IMG/VR virus record: IMGVR_UViG_2974716774_000001
Location: 1 to 61,736 of that record
Length of the DNA stretch: 61,736 bases
Strand: one strand, 5' to 3'
Source of the DNA: Jacunavirus JC01
Taxonomy: Duplodnaviria > Heunggongvirae > Uroviricota > Caudoviricetes > Casjensviridae
The notes beneath the pieces were generated by a model. That model ran no database searches. It saw only the letters and a program-made list of their open reading frames with translations, and was not told the DNA's origin. Of this stretch, positions 46,891-55,450 are shown one piece after another (position 1 is the stretch's first letter; the number at the start of each line of letters is the position of its first letter). Both the position numbers and the translations under genes were made by a program.

Positions 46891-47931
46891 CTATAAATCG
46901 CTTCGTTCAGTCTCATAAGCTGCGATAACAGTTGCGCTGACGAACCGGGCAGCGATTTGAGGTACGATGGCGTTACCATATCCTTTGAGTAGCCCCACGC
47001 GGCCGGGTACCCCATGAGCCAGCGGGAATGTTCCGGGTTCAACGGGCCTGAAGCATCCATCCCGGCAGAAGAGCCAGTCAGCACTTCCCCAGTCTCCGTG
47101 ATCCGCACTGGGCAATCCGGCATAACCAGCTGCGCGGCAACGTCCAGTCTGTCCACTGACAGTTTGCCGTTGCGTATCCGTCCTCCCTGATAGCCGCCCT
47201 TGTGATCCGTCGCGCTCGATGTTGGCCATATCGCCAGCTTCGCCTCCCCGCCCAGCTTCAGGATTTTCCGGCCCGCCGATGTGCTGTAGTCGCTGCCCTT
47301 CGCATCGTTCGCTATCGCCGTATGCCAGCTGGTCATCTTCGCCTGCTGCGCCAGCGAGCTGCCCGTCATGTTGGCCGTGATGCCCGACCAACCGCGCCGC
47401 CCGTCCGAGTGACTCGGTGTCGTCCAGGCGAAAGGCCGCGAAAAATAATCGGTCGCGTTTGTGCGGAGCGCCGACGCCTGCAGCTGGCAGTACATGCGCT
47501 GCGCAGGCGTAACCTTCCTCTTCCAGCTCAATGAGTAAAGCGTCAAGCCAGTGGTCTTTTTTAACTGCCGCTGCAACCTGCTCGCCGAAGAGCATTGGAG
47601 GACGACACTCTGCGATGAGATCGAGAAGGGCCGGAGCCAAGTGACGTGAATCTCTTGCCCCGAGGCCTGCTCCAGCCACGCTGAAAGGCTGGCACGGAGG
47701 ACTACCCGTCCACAGCGGGAGATCGTCCGGGAGCCCGGCGAGTCGCAGGGCAAGCGGCCATCCGGCGATGCCTGCGAAGAAGTGGCACTGGGTGAAGCCA
47801 CGGAGGTCTTGTGGTCTGACATCTAAAATGCTCCGCGTGTCTACGATGCCCATCGGGATAAGCCCGGCGTCAATGAGAAGCCGCAGCCTTTCAGCTGCGA
47901 CCGGATCGTACTCGTTATAGTAATTCATCAC
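46891..47931 (-). CDS. DNA cytosine-5 methyltransferase, reading frame apparently interrupted by two frameshifts
   Basis: Frame A (46891-47931) carries motif I (FFAGIAGW), motif IV (GSPPCQPFSVAG), motif VIII (HKRDRLFF) and C-terminal motif X (GNAIVPQIAARF); the target-recognition region and motif IX (RWLMGYP) are in the overlapping +1 frame (ORF 46848-47822). Confidence 0.55.
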   Translation of the reverse strand: MMNYYNEYDPVAAERLRLLIDAGLIPMGIVDTRSILDVRPQDLRGFTQCHFFAGIAGWPLALRLAGLPDDLPLWTGSPPCQPFSVAGAGLGARDSRHLAPALLDLIAECRPPMLFGEQVAAAVKKDHWLDALLIELEEEGYACAAHVLPAAGVGAPHKRDRLFFAAFRLDDTESLGRAARLVGHHGQHDGQLAGAAGEDDQLAYGDSERCEGQRLQHIGGPENPEAGRGGEAGDMANIERDGSQGRLSGRTDTQRQTVSGQTGRCRAAGYAGLPSADHGDWGSADWLFCRDGCFRPVEPGTFPLAHGVPGRVGLLKGYGNAIVPQIAARFVSATVIAAYETERSDL

Positions 47932-48506
47932 AGACGCCAGGAAGCCGGTGATACGACGTTAAGCCGAGATGTGTTTTTGGCGATGCGCAGGGTCAGCGGA
48001 TTGGCCTCGCAGTAGGAGCTGAGGCCGCGCGCATATTGATCCATTGCACCGATGCGGCGGATTTCGAGGTCGGCGCGCTTCGTCATCGCCTCGACATACC
48101 GGCGGGCGCTGTTTTTGTCCGGCGCATAGACCAGCATCGCGCGTTGCATCGTCTCGTCATTGACGACGAACGCTTGCAAAATCCCGCTCAGTGGCGGTGT
48201 GGGCCAGGCACCACTGGCGACGTGGGCGAGCACCCGATTCTCAAGCTCATCATATGCCTGGGCGACCAATGGGGCGTTGCCGACTACTTTCTCCCGTATC
48301 CGATTAACTTCTTCCTGCACGCGATTTGAACGCGGAATTATTCGGTGCATCGGGAGGCCGCTGGAAAGATGCGGGCGGGAAACGCCTTTTCTTGCGGTCG
48401 GCGAGCACTCAGGCGGGTCTTTATCGTCCACAGCCCATGTTTTACCGCATACCTTGCATGAATATTCGTCGTTCATGCGTACGACGTCTTTATGCTCAAG
48501 AGACAT
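47928..48506 (-). CDS. Hypothetical protein with N-terminal zinc-ribbon-like CxxC
   Basis: 192-aa ORF; CKVCGK ... ECSP near the N-terminus; 4-nt overlap with the methyltransferase start. Confidence 0.45.
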   Translation of the reverse strand: MSLEHKDVVRMNDEYSCKVCGKTWAVDDKDPPECSPTARKGVSRPHLSSGLPMHRIIPRSNRVQEEVNRIREKVVGNAPLVAQAYDELENRVLAHVASGAWPTPPLSGILQAFVVNDETMQRAMLVYAPDKNSARRYVEAMTKRADLEIRRIGAMDQYARGLSSYCEANPLTLRIAKNTSRLNVVSPASWRL

Positions 48507-48515
48507 AGCTACCTC

Positions 48516-48710
48516 TCATTTCTTCCGCGCTTCGATGGCTTTCACCATGTCGCAGATCGCGGTGTAGTCCAGCGCGACTCGCGTCCCGCTGGGCAGTTCC
48601 AGTGACATGACGTCCAGGTCTTCGTCGACCCGCACCTCAAATGAGGCCCGCTCAGGCTCGGGCTGCCAGATTTGCCGTATGGCGCCGGGAATGATGCGGA
48701 CAGTGACCAT
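48516..48710 (-). CDS. Hypothetical small protein
   Basis: 64-aa ORF packed between neighbours. Confidence 0.35.
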   Translation of the reverse strand: MVTVRIIPGAIRQIWQPEPERASFEVRVDEDLDVMSLELPSGTRVALDYTAICDMVKAIEARKK

Positions 48711-48712
48711 TG

Positions 48713-49216
48713 TTAAAATCCTACGCCGTCAGCTTTACGTTTAGGTGGGATTCTGCGTGGCTCAGGCTCCTGAATCTCCGGCTGAACCTCTTCGCGGAAC
48801 TCATTGGCGGTTTTGATGACTTCGCGCATACCCTCTTCGCTCAGCCTGCCGTAGTCCTTCTCATTGACGTGGATGCCAATGGAGTTAGTGACTGCCCGAT
48901 TGACGATGCTGGTCACGAGCGTGGTTCCCGGGAACACGCCACCCGCAGAGAAGCCTGCCTGGTAGAGCGCATCGGCGGCGTCGCGGATATAATCACGGCA
49001 CGCGGCGCCGGACTCCGGTTTAACCAGCGCCAGCAGAATGGCGGCATAACGTTCGTCCACGACGGACACGTCGTCGCTGCACAGGATTTCCAGCTTGTCT
49101 TTCTGGCTGCAGCGCGCGACAACCTGATCGCCGTTGACCAGCTCGACGGCCAGAATGCGCGGGAACTTCGGAGCATCGGTAACGACCAGCTGGCCGGTTT
49201 GAATTAATTTAGTCAT
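48713..49216 (-). CDS. Hypothetical protein
   Basis: 167-aa ORF, 1-nt overlap with the upstream gene. Confidence 0.45.
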   Translation of the reverse strand: MTKLIQTGQLVVTDAPKFPRILAVELVNGDQVVARCSQKDKLEILCSDDVSVVDERYAAILLALVKPESGAACRDYIRDAADALYQAGFSAGGVFPGTTLVTSIVNRAVTNSIGIHVNEKDYGRLSEEGMREVIKTANEFREEVQPEIQEPEPRRIPPKRKADGVGF

Positions 49217-49965
49217 CAGATTGATTCCTCATCGGTTATTAACTGGAAGGCATCACCGCGCACAGACCACGGCTGCCAGACATCCACTACAAGACACCCG
49301 CCGAAGCCAGCGTCAAAACAATTCTGCACCTGCACCCAGAAGCGTACGCGGGAGCTGCCAGCGCAGCCCTGCAGCGGCCAGTCCCAGCTGTGCGGGGCGA
49401 TGACCGGGAAACGCAGGATGGGTGAGGGCACAGAGTAAGGGTTTGCCGCGCCCATGCGGATCAGCGCGCGCTTCAGGTCTGCCCGGCGCTGCCACATATC
49501 CACGGTGTCGGCACCGCGCAGGAAGTGGTCGTACGGCATGTGGGCGATAATCATGGCGGCCACGTCTTCCGCCGGTGCTGGCCATTCCGGGTCAAAGCAC
49601 CAGTCGGCCATCAGCGAGCGCAGCTTATCGGCACGGCCGCCGTTGTCTTTGTCGTACAGCATGGCGTCGAACGCGTGCCACGGGAAATTAACCTGCACGC
49701 CATTGCGGGTGAATCGCGGATTGGGCTCGCTGTAGAGCGACGAGTAGAGTTTCCTGAACTCATCTTCCAGCGCCAGCGAAAAGCCGTTCAGCGACGTTCC
49801 TGTGGCGTCTCCGGCGGTGTCGTAGACATGGATTTCAGTGCCGTTGGTGACAACGATGACTCGCTGCCCGTCAGGCCAGGGGAAAGGATAGAGGGTAACT
49901 TTGTCCGGGTCGCGCTGGTCAAACGGGCGGATCCGCGGAACGGGTTTGCTCAGTTTCATAGTCAT
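49216..49965 (-). CDS. Hypothetical protein
   Basis: 249-aa ORF directly downstream of a family promoter. Confidence 0.5.
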   Translation of the reverse strand: MTMKLSKPVPRIRPFDQRDPDKVTLYPFPWPDGQRVIVVTNGTEIHVYDTAGDATGTSLNGFSLALEDEFRKLYSSLYSEPNPRFTRNGVQVNFPWHAFDAMLYDKDNGGRADKLRSLMADWCFDPEWPAPAEDVAAMIIAHMPYDHFLRGADTVDMWQRRADLKRALIRMGAANPYSVPSPILRFPVIAPHSWDWPLQGCAGSSRVRFWVQVQNCFDAGFGGCLVVDVWQPWSVRGDAFQLITDEESI

Positions 49966-49988
49966 ATCTCACTGTGGTGGCAATGAGA

Positions 49989-50017
49989 ATACTAATTACA
50001 CACTCTGCGTGTGTCAA
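49989..50017 (-). promoter_or_regulatory. Sigma70-type promoter with embedded dyad (family member)
   Basis: Minus strand TTGACA-CACGCAGAGTGTGTAAT-TAGTAT. Confidence 0.45.
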
Positions 50018-50030
50018 GAAGAATCTGGGC

Positions 50031-50061
50031 AAAAGAAAAGCCCGGGTGACTAATCCGGGCT
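50031..50061 (-). terminator. Rho-independent terminator (leftward)
   Basis: Stem AGCCCGG / CCGGGCT with 9-nt loop; on the minus strand followed by TTTTCTTTT. Confidence 0.55.
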
Positions 50062-50115
50062 TTGGGTGATGCACTTACCAGTGAGTGTGATACGTCGGAG
50101 CTGGAATGCAGTAAA

Positions 50116-50385
50116 TCATATATCCGGGTTCTCGTAAATAAGTTTCCACCAGTTATATGCCTCCAGATCTATCTCGACGACGAGCGGGTCATCGAGGTAC
50201 GACATGCAGGTGCCGACGTCTTCCACCATCAGGCAGCAGCTCTCCGGGTGGTGGAGCAGACGCACCTGGCGGAACGTCTTGCGCCACAGCTCATCGCGCT
50301 CCAGGCCTGCCGGGCATTCGATAATCTGGCCAGTGCCCTTGTCCTGCCAGTATTCGGTTTCGAGGCTGACGTATCTGCCCATCAC
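50116..50385 (-). CDS. Hypothetical acidic small protein
   Basis: 89-aa ORF. Confidence 0.4.
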   Translation of the reverse strand: MMGRYVSLETEYWQDKGTGQIIECPAGLERDELWRKTFRQVRLLHHPESCCLMVEDVGTCMSYLDDPLVVEIDLEAYNWWKLIYENPDI

Positions 50386-50603
50386 GATACCCTCTTGATC
50401 CGCGTGCCGGTCTTGCCGTAAATCTCGTCGCGCTCGACGAACCGGAAAGCCAGCCTCAGGTTGAGTTTATAGCCCAGCTTGCGCAGGTACGTGCAGTGCT
50501 TGGGCAGGACGTTCTCCAGGAAGAACGAGTCGCCGATGGCCAGTCGCGCCAGCAGCTCCTCGTGCTTCTGCCTGGTCTCAGGGGAGATGTCAGATATCGT
50601 CAT
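50382..50603 (-). CDS. Hypothetical small protein
   Basis: About 73 aa from the ATG at 50603, overlapping the RdgC-like C-terminus by 14 nt. Confidence 0.4.
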   Translation of the reverse strand: MTISDISPETRQKHEELLARLAIGDSFFLENVLPKHCTYLRKLGYKLNLRLAFRFVERDEIYGKTGTRIKRVS

Positions 50604-51816
50604 CGTCGTCTTCGCTCTCTTCTTCGCCGAGATCCCACTCGTCATCCACCATGTCCTCTTCGCTTTCCGGCAGCGGCTCGCCGCCTTTCGCCTTAGCCTT
50701 CGATTCTTTGGCCACCGCGATATCGTCGCCGTCCGCGTAGTCCTCCAGCGCCGAGCGGTTAACGGTGACGCCGGTGCGATACATCGCGGTGCTGAAGGCA
50801 ACGATGGCGCGACGCATGACCCACAGCTCGCTCATCCACAGCTGGAAAGCATTGTCACCGCGATCATATTCCTGCCCGAAGTCCACGTCATCGCTCTCGG
50901 CGCTGGTGGAGAACGCTTTTACGTCGCCGTTGTGGTTCATCTTCGCCCAGATGTTCTCCATGCCAGGCAGATTGGACATGAAGCGGAACTCCATTTCCGT
51001 CGGGAAGAAGCCGGACGCCAGCAGATCGCGGTAGCGCGGCTCAGCCAGCTCGCCGTCTTTGACCGAGATGGTCTCTTTCTCATCGTTCACGAGTTTCAGG
51101 TGGCTGCCCAGCAGGAAAAGGTCTGCCACATCGGAGTGACGGAGCAGGATGCTGCGGAAGAAGCGCTGCATGGCGCCCTGGTCGACGTACGCGGGCACCG
51201 TAGGGAGCGAGCTGAACGCCTTGCGGATGAGCGCCGTGACATCTTCTGCTGCCTTCTGGCTGCCGGTGAAGACATACAGGTCAAGCCCGTCGATCATGAC
51301 GTAAATGCGGCTGCGGCGGATGGGCGCGGTGGTCAGCAGCTGCGCCGTCACCTCGTCTTTCAGGATGGCGTAGTCTTTGCGGTTCAGCTCGCGCTCTTCG
51401 CGTGCCTTCATCTCGGCGGCGCGCTCAAACAGCTTGTCGTTGATGGAGCTGGACGGCAGCACGCGCTCGCGCTTCTCGATGCACATTACCAGGGAATTGC
51501 ATTCGTGGATCTCGACGACCAGCGGCTGCACATATTTATCTTCGCCGTCTTCTTTACCCGCGTACATGTCTTCCGGCACCGCGTAGTGCGGAGGTACGAA
51601 GCCCCAGGTGCGCCACTGGCCGTGCGCCGGGTCTTTGGCCGGGTGCTCTTTCAGGCGGTCGTGGATGAGCTGAATGGCGGACTCGTGGTCGATTTCGCCT
51701 TCGTGCAGATCCAGAATGGTCAGCAGCGCCGCCGCCACGTCTTTGCCTTCGCGGACGTTCTCGGCGATCTTATCGAGGTAGTAGTGCTGGAACTTATCGA
51801 AGTGCTTCAGTTTCAT
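50590..51816 (-). CDS. Recombination-associated protein RdgC-like
   Basis: 408-aa ORF; AAEDVTALIRKAFSSLPTVP and NSLVMCIEKRERVLPSS match the RdgC pattern ([37 protein letters not shown]); acidic C-terminal tail EEESEDDDDDI. Confidence 0.6.
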   Translation of the reverse strand: MKLKHFDKFQHYYLDKIAENVREGKDVAAALLTILDLHEGEIDHESAIQLIHDRLKEHPAKDPAHGQWRTWGFVPPHYAVPEDMYAGKEDGEDKYVQPLVVEIHECNSLVMCIEKRERVLPSSSINDKLFERAAEMKAREERELNRKDYAILKDEVTAQLLTTAPIRRSRIYVMIDGLDLYVFTGSQKAAEDVTALIRKAFSSLPTVPAYVDQGAMQRFFRSILLRHSDVADLFLLGSHLKLVNDEKETISVKDGELAEPRYRDLLASGFFPTEMEFRFMSNLPGMENIWAKMNHNGDVKAFSTSAESDDVDFGQEYDRGDNAFQLWMSELWVMRRAIVAFSTAMYRTGVTVNRSALEDYADGDDIAVAKESKAKAKGGEPLPESEEDMVDDEWDLGEEESEDDDDDI

Positions 51817-52157
51817 TGGAATGTCTCCGGTGTCACGTTAATGAAGGTTTTCTCCTGCGCGCCCGGCACAACCGCCTTGCGGACATGCGTCAGCGCTTCG
51901 GTCATGCGCTCCCGTGCGGCCTGCAGGCTGGCGCACTGGCGGGAATACTGCTTATCGAGGTCATTAAACAGCGCCTCGTCTTCGGGGTTCGTCGACTCGG
52001 CCAGCTCATTCAGAAGCACCGGGTAGAAGGCGTGCAGCTCTTCCTCGATCTGCGTGAGCCACAGCTCCATGTCGGTGTCCATCCGGGTCAGGCGGTCATA
52101 GTGGGCCGCCATCGTTCTGCGGTGCTGCTTGCCCGCAACGTTAGGGTTATTCGACAT
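51813..52157 (-). CDS. Hypothetical protein
   Basis: 114-aa ORF, 4-nt overlap with the RdgC-like start. Confidence 0.4.
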   Translation of the reverse strand: MSNNPNVAGKQHRRTMAAHYDRLTRMDTDMELWLTQIEEELHAFYPVLLNELAESTNPEDEALFNDLDKQYSRQCASLQAARERMTEALTHVRKAVVPGAQEKTFINVTPETFQ

Positions 52158-52407
52158 CTTTGCTCTCCGCCTGTTTCAGTCCGTACGCCAGGTCGTTAAT
52201 AACCTGCGCCGCTGACATGCCCACGTAGCCGTGCTTGTTTGAGGCCTCCATCGCTTCTTCGTACCACTCTTTGTAGTCTTCGAGGTAGTCAATGCGAGAG
52301 AGGATCTTGCGAACCTGCCCGATATCTACCGATACGCCATCGAGACCTTGCTGCGATGCGATGCGCAAGGCCTGCAGAATCTCTTCAATGCTCAAGTTAT
52401 TCGACAT
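52147..52407 (-). CDS. Hypothetical protein
   Basis: 86-aa ORF. Confidence 0.4.
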   Translation of the reverse strand: MSNNLSIEEILQALRIASQQGLDGVSVDIGQVRKILSRIDYLEDYKEWYEEAMEASNKHGYVGMSAAQVINDLAYGLKQAESKDVE

Positions 52408-52630
52408 TACCTGGCTCCCCCAGCACTTCCAGAATCTCGTGTTGCGTTACCGCCCACTGCACTTCCGGGCTCTCAGCGTGGCCGCTGATATGCACGAGAT
52501 GGTGGACGAGGTAGACCCGCATGTCCGGGCGAGACATCGGGTGATGCGATTTAACAAGACCGCGATAGACGCGGTTGTTATAGCTGTCGCGAAAACGAAT
52601 TTCGCAGCCGATCAGATTGCAGTTCCGCAT
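52397..52630 (-). CDS. Hypothetical protein
   Basis: 77-aa ORF. Confidence 0.35.
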   Translation of the reverse strand: MRNCNLIGCEIRFRDSYNNRVYRGLVKSHHPMSRPDMRVYLVHHLVHISGHAESPEVQWAVTQHEILEVLGEPGNVE

Positions 52631-52652
52631 GGTTATCTCCTGCGGTAAGAGG

Positions 52653-53009
52653 TTATTGTCCGTACAGCCAGCCTTTGTGTTGCTGAAGCAGCTCAGTCGG
52701 GTAGTGCGTGCAGCACCAGCGCAGCAGCATGTACGCGTAGGCGCGCTGCTGGGCGCACTGCTCGTGCCCTACGGCTTTGGCCGGGGTGTAGCGGCCCTTC
52801 TCAAACACGACGTCGCCGTCGCGCTCGGCGATAACGCCTGTCCAGCTCAGGCGGATCTTGAGCCCGTGGCGGCGCTCCAGATCGTTAAACAGCGGTGCGA
52901 TGGCCACGCTTACCGGGGCCACCAGCGTGTTGATGGCCATTGCCGTTTTCGTTGGCACGGCGCCGAGCTTCCACGCCTCGTCTGACACGTTAACCTTGCT
53001 CATCTTCAT
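52653..53009 (-). CDS. Hypothetical protein
   Basis: About 118 aa from the ATG at 53009 preceded by RBS AAGGGG. Confidence 0.4.
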   Translation of the reverse strand: MKMSKVNVSDEAWKLGAVPTKTAMAINTLVAPVSVAIAPLFNDLERRHGLKIRLSWTGVIAERDGDVVFEKGRYTPAKAVGHEQCAQQRAYAYMLLRWCCTHYPTELLQQHKGWLYGQ

Positions 53010-53376
53010 CCCCTTTGGTCGGTAGTTCCACGCTGTAAAGCAGGCGGCTAAGGTCAGCCCGAGCATCCTTCACGCCGCGCACGTATTCTTTCAGGTACTG
53101 CTCGCCGTTCTTCTCGGCCTGCCCGTTGTACTGCGCCATCAGCTGCTCTTTGATGCTGGTGGACAGTGCCGTGTTCGCGCCGCCGCTGCGCACATGGCTG
53201 TCAAACACGGCATAGCGGCCCTGCAGGTAGGCGTTGATGGCCATCTGGCGGCGGAAGCGCGTGTGGTAGCGCCAGGTGTTGAACGCCATGTACACCAGCG
53301 GCGCGCAGATAAGCAGATTGCCGAACCACGCGATCGCGGTCAGCTCCGCCCGGTGCTGCAATATCCAGTCAAGCAT
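52990..53376 (-). CDS. Hypothetical membrane protein
   Basis: 128-aa ORF; N-terminal hydrophobic helix LTAIAWFGNLLICAPLVYMAF. Confidence 0.4.
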   Translation of the reverse strand: MLDWILQHRAELTAIAWFGNLLICAPLVYMAFNTWRYHTRFRRQMAINAYLQGRYAVFDSHVRSGGANTALSTSIKEQLMAQYNGQAEKNGEQYLKEYVRGVKDARADLSRLLYSVELPTKGDEDEQG

Positions 53377-54034
53377 CGTTGTCCTCCACCAGCTCGTAGA
53401 CGAGGAAGCCCGGAACTTCGGTGATGCGCATGGGCCGCGATTCGACCAGCGTTTTCAGCACCTCAGCCGTGTTGATGCGCAGCTCGGTCATGCCGTTGCC
53501 GATCATGATTTGACGAACCGTGGCTTCAAAGAAGGCGTTGAACTCTTCTCCGTGGCGCTCTTCCATCTTGTCCATCAGCGCACGAAGCAGTTCATTTTCG
53601 TCGAGCAGATCCCACTGCTTCTGGAGGCGCTCAACCTCGGCCTGCGCCTTCTCGCGGGTGTCGATGACGTCGCGACCGGCCAGCGATTCAAACTGAGCGG
53701 CGCTGGTGTCGGTTTCAGCCGCCTGCACAGGGGAATACTTAACCTCTTTTAAATCCTCCGCCATCTTGTCATAAGGCGCAGCAAATGCAGCGTACGAACC
53801 CGGCTGGCGGCCCTGCGGCGCCACGGTGGAGTTATAGGCATAGCCTGCCACCTTCGTGCCGTTAAGCAGCACGTTCAGGCGCGCCGCCACCGCGTCATAG
53901 AGCGACGGGTTGAGGTCTTTAATCCGCACTGCCACACCGCCGTTAAGCTCGGCGATAATGCTTTTGATCGGCGATACACCGTCAAATTTGTTAGCCACAG
54001 CCACGGCCAGGTTCATCAGTTCTTTCTGTTCCAT
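53369..54034 (-). CDS. Hypothetical protein
   Basis: About 221 aa from the ATG at 54034 preceded by RBS AAGGA. Confidence 0.45.
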   Translation of the reverse strand: MEQKELMNLAVAVANKFDGVSPIKSIIAELNGGVAVRIKDLNPSLYDAVAARLNVLLNGTKVAGYAYNSTVAPQGRQPGSYAAFAAPYDKMAEDLKEVKYSPVQAAETDTSAAQFESLAGRDVIDTREKAQAEVERLQKQWDLLDENELLRALMDKMEERHGEEFNAFFEATVRQIMIGNGMTELRINTAEVLKTLVESRPMRITEVPGFLVYELVEDNDA

Positions 54035-54044
54035 GTTGGTGTCC

Positions 54045-54581
54045 TTAAATCTTGTCACGGAGCCACTGGATCCCAGCGGACATGTATTTGACCTGATGAA
54101 TCGCATCATCGAGGGCGTTGTGGAATGTGCCTTCTCGTTCGAACTTCAACGGGTTTATGCCTGCCAGATCTACCGCCGTACGAACGTCGCGGATATTCCA
54201 GAATTTCCACGGTGTCGGAAGATGCAGCTGAGCGAACCACGCTTCCAGAATAGTGATGTCGAACACGGATCCGTTGCCCCAAACGAGGTCATTACCGTCC
54301 AGCCACTGAATGAATTTAAGGGCACTCTCGCGCGGGTTGTCGCTGCCATTAAACGCGTCCTGCTTAGCGGCGTCTGACTGTTTCTGCCACCATTCCAGGG
54401 TGTCGGGGTCAACGTGCCCGAAGGCGCGGGCATTTTCGTAGCCCATGCAGCAGTAGAACGTCTCACCGATCTCGCCCGTGTAGCGGTCGAAAGCCACGGC
54501 GCCGATGGACAGCACCGAACAGCCCGGGCTACGGCCGAGCGTCTCAATGTCGATCATTACGTCACGATGTTTCTTTTTCAC
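54045..54581 (-). CDS. DEDDh-type 3'-5' exonuclease (DnaQ-like)
   Basis: 178-aa ORF; Exo I IDIETLG, Exo III HNALDDA. Confidence 0.6.
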   Translation of the reverse strand: MKKKHRDVMIDIETLGRSPGCSVLSIGAVAFDRYTGEIGETFYCCMGYENARAFGHVDPDTLEWWQKQSDAAKQDAFNGSDNPRESALKFIQWLDGNDLVWGNGSVFDITILEAWFAQLHLPTPWKFWNIRDVRTAVDLAGINPLKFEREGTFHNALDDAIHQVKYMSAGIQWLRDKI

Positions 54582-55450
54582 CAGTCTTCTCCGAAAGGAT
54601 TACACTCTTCAGTGCAGTTACCCGGCGCATCTTCATACAACGGCCGGTAGTCATTATCGACTTCACTAAACGTCGCTATCAGGTCAGCGGCGCTACGGAA
54701 GCCCCGGTACATCTTGCGTGGCCCTTCGACCACATTTGGCCCGACGTCACCACAGCTTTTCTCCATTTCCGCCGCGGCGTGGAAGTATTCCGGATTGTCC
54801 TGGAAGGCCCGGAGCAGCTTCGCGTCAGACTTTTTAAAGCAGAAAACGCAGTTTCCGCAGTGCTCAGGTATCCCCAGGTCAAACGGCATAAACTCCCACC
54901 AGTCGAGCACATCTTCTTTCGTGGTTGGCCACCAGTGCGCCAGCGGGTACACCTTGTTTTGCCGGGTCTGGCGGTCAGGCTTTTTAGGCTTGATGCGCCG
55001 TGGTTCGTCAATGCGCATACCGACGGCTGTCAGGTATTCCCCTTTGGCCCAGCCCAGCGCCTCCCACAGATACCCGTGGATCGGTATCTCTTTCAGCTCC
55101 CGCGTGCAGTGCAGGTAGTTGGTGTTCGGTAGCCCATACTTCCGGCACATCTCGATGTAGGGCTCACCTTTGCGGCTGGCGGTCTCGTACGTCACTACCT
55201 TCCAGCCGGTGCGCACGCCTTTCTGCTCGTGCGTTATCGCCTCCACCCACACGGTATTGAAGCCCAGCTGAACGTCGCAGTTATGCACGAAGTCCAGCGT
55301 GGCCGGGTGCTCAAAGCCAGTGTTGGCGAAAAGCACTTTAATGTCGTACTCGTCTGACTTCTCCTGCAGCAGCCGGTACGTCATGTGCGCCGAGGTTCGG
55401 CCACCGGACATGGCGGCCACCAGCCGTGGTTTCATTTGTGATGCCCGCAC
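54578..55450 (-). CDS. PP-loop ATP pyrophosphatase superfamily protein (PAPS-reductase-like)
   Basis: 290-aa ORF; PP-loop-like AAMSGGRTSA near the N-terminus; cysteine pairs HCGNCVFC and NCTEEC. Confidence 0.55.
   Translation of the reverse strand: MRASQMKPRLVAAMSGGRTSAHMTYRLLQEKSDEYDIKVLFANTGFEHPATLDFVHNCDVQLGFNTVWVEAITHEQKGVRTGWKVVTYETASRKGEPYIEMCRKYGLPNTNYLHCTRELKEIPIHGYLWEALGWAKGEYLTAVGMRIDEPRRIKPKKPDRQTRQNKVYPLAHWWPTTKEDVLDWWEFMPFDLGIPEHCGNCVFCFKKSDAKLLRAFQDNPEYFHAAAEMEKSCGDVGPNVVEGPRKMYRGFRSAADLIATFSEVDNDYRPLYEDAPGNCTEECNPFGEDW

Noticed and set aside
46848-47822. 324-aa minus-strand ORF treated as an independent gene
   Set aside because: Its N-terminal third is Ser-rich off-frame sequence; only its central part appears to encode the recognition region of the C5-methyltransferase, so it is reported as part of that interrupted gene
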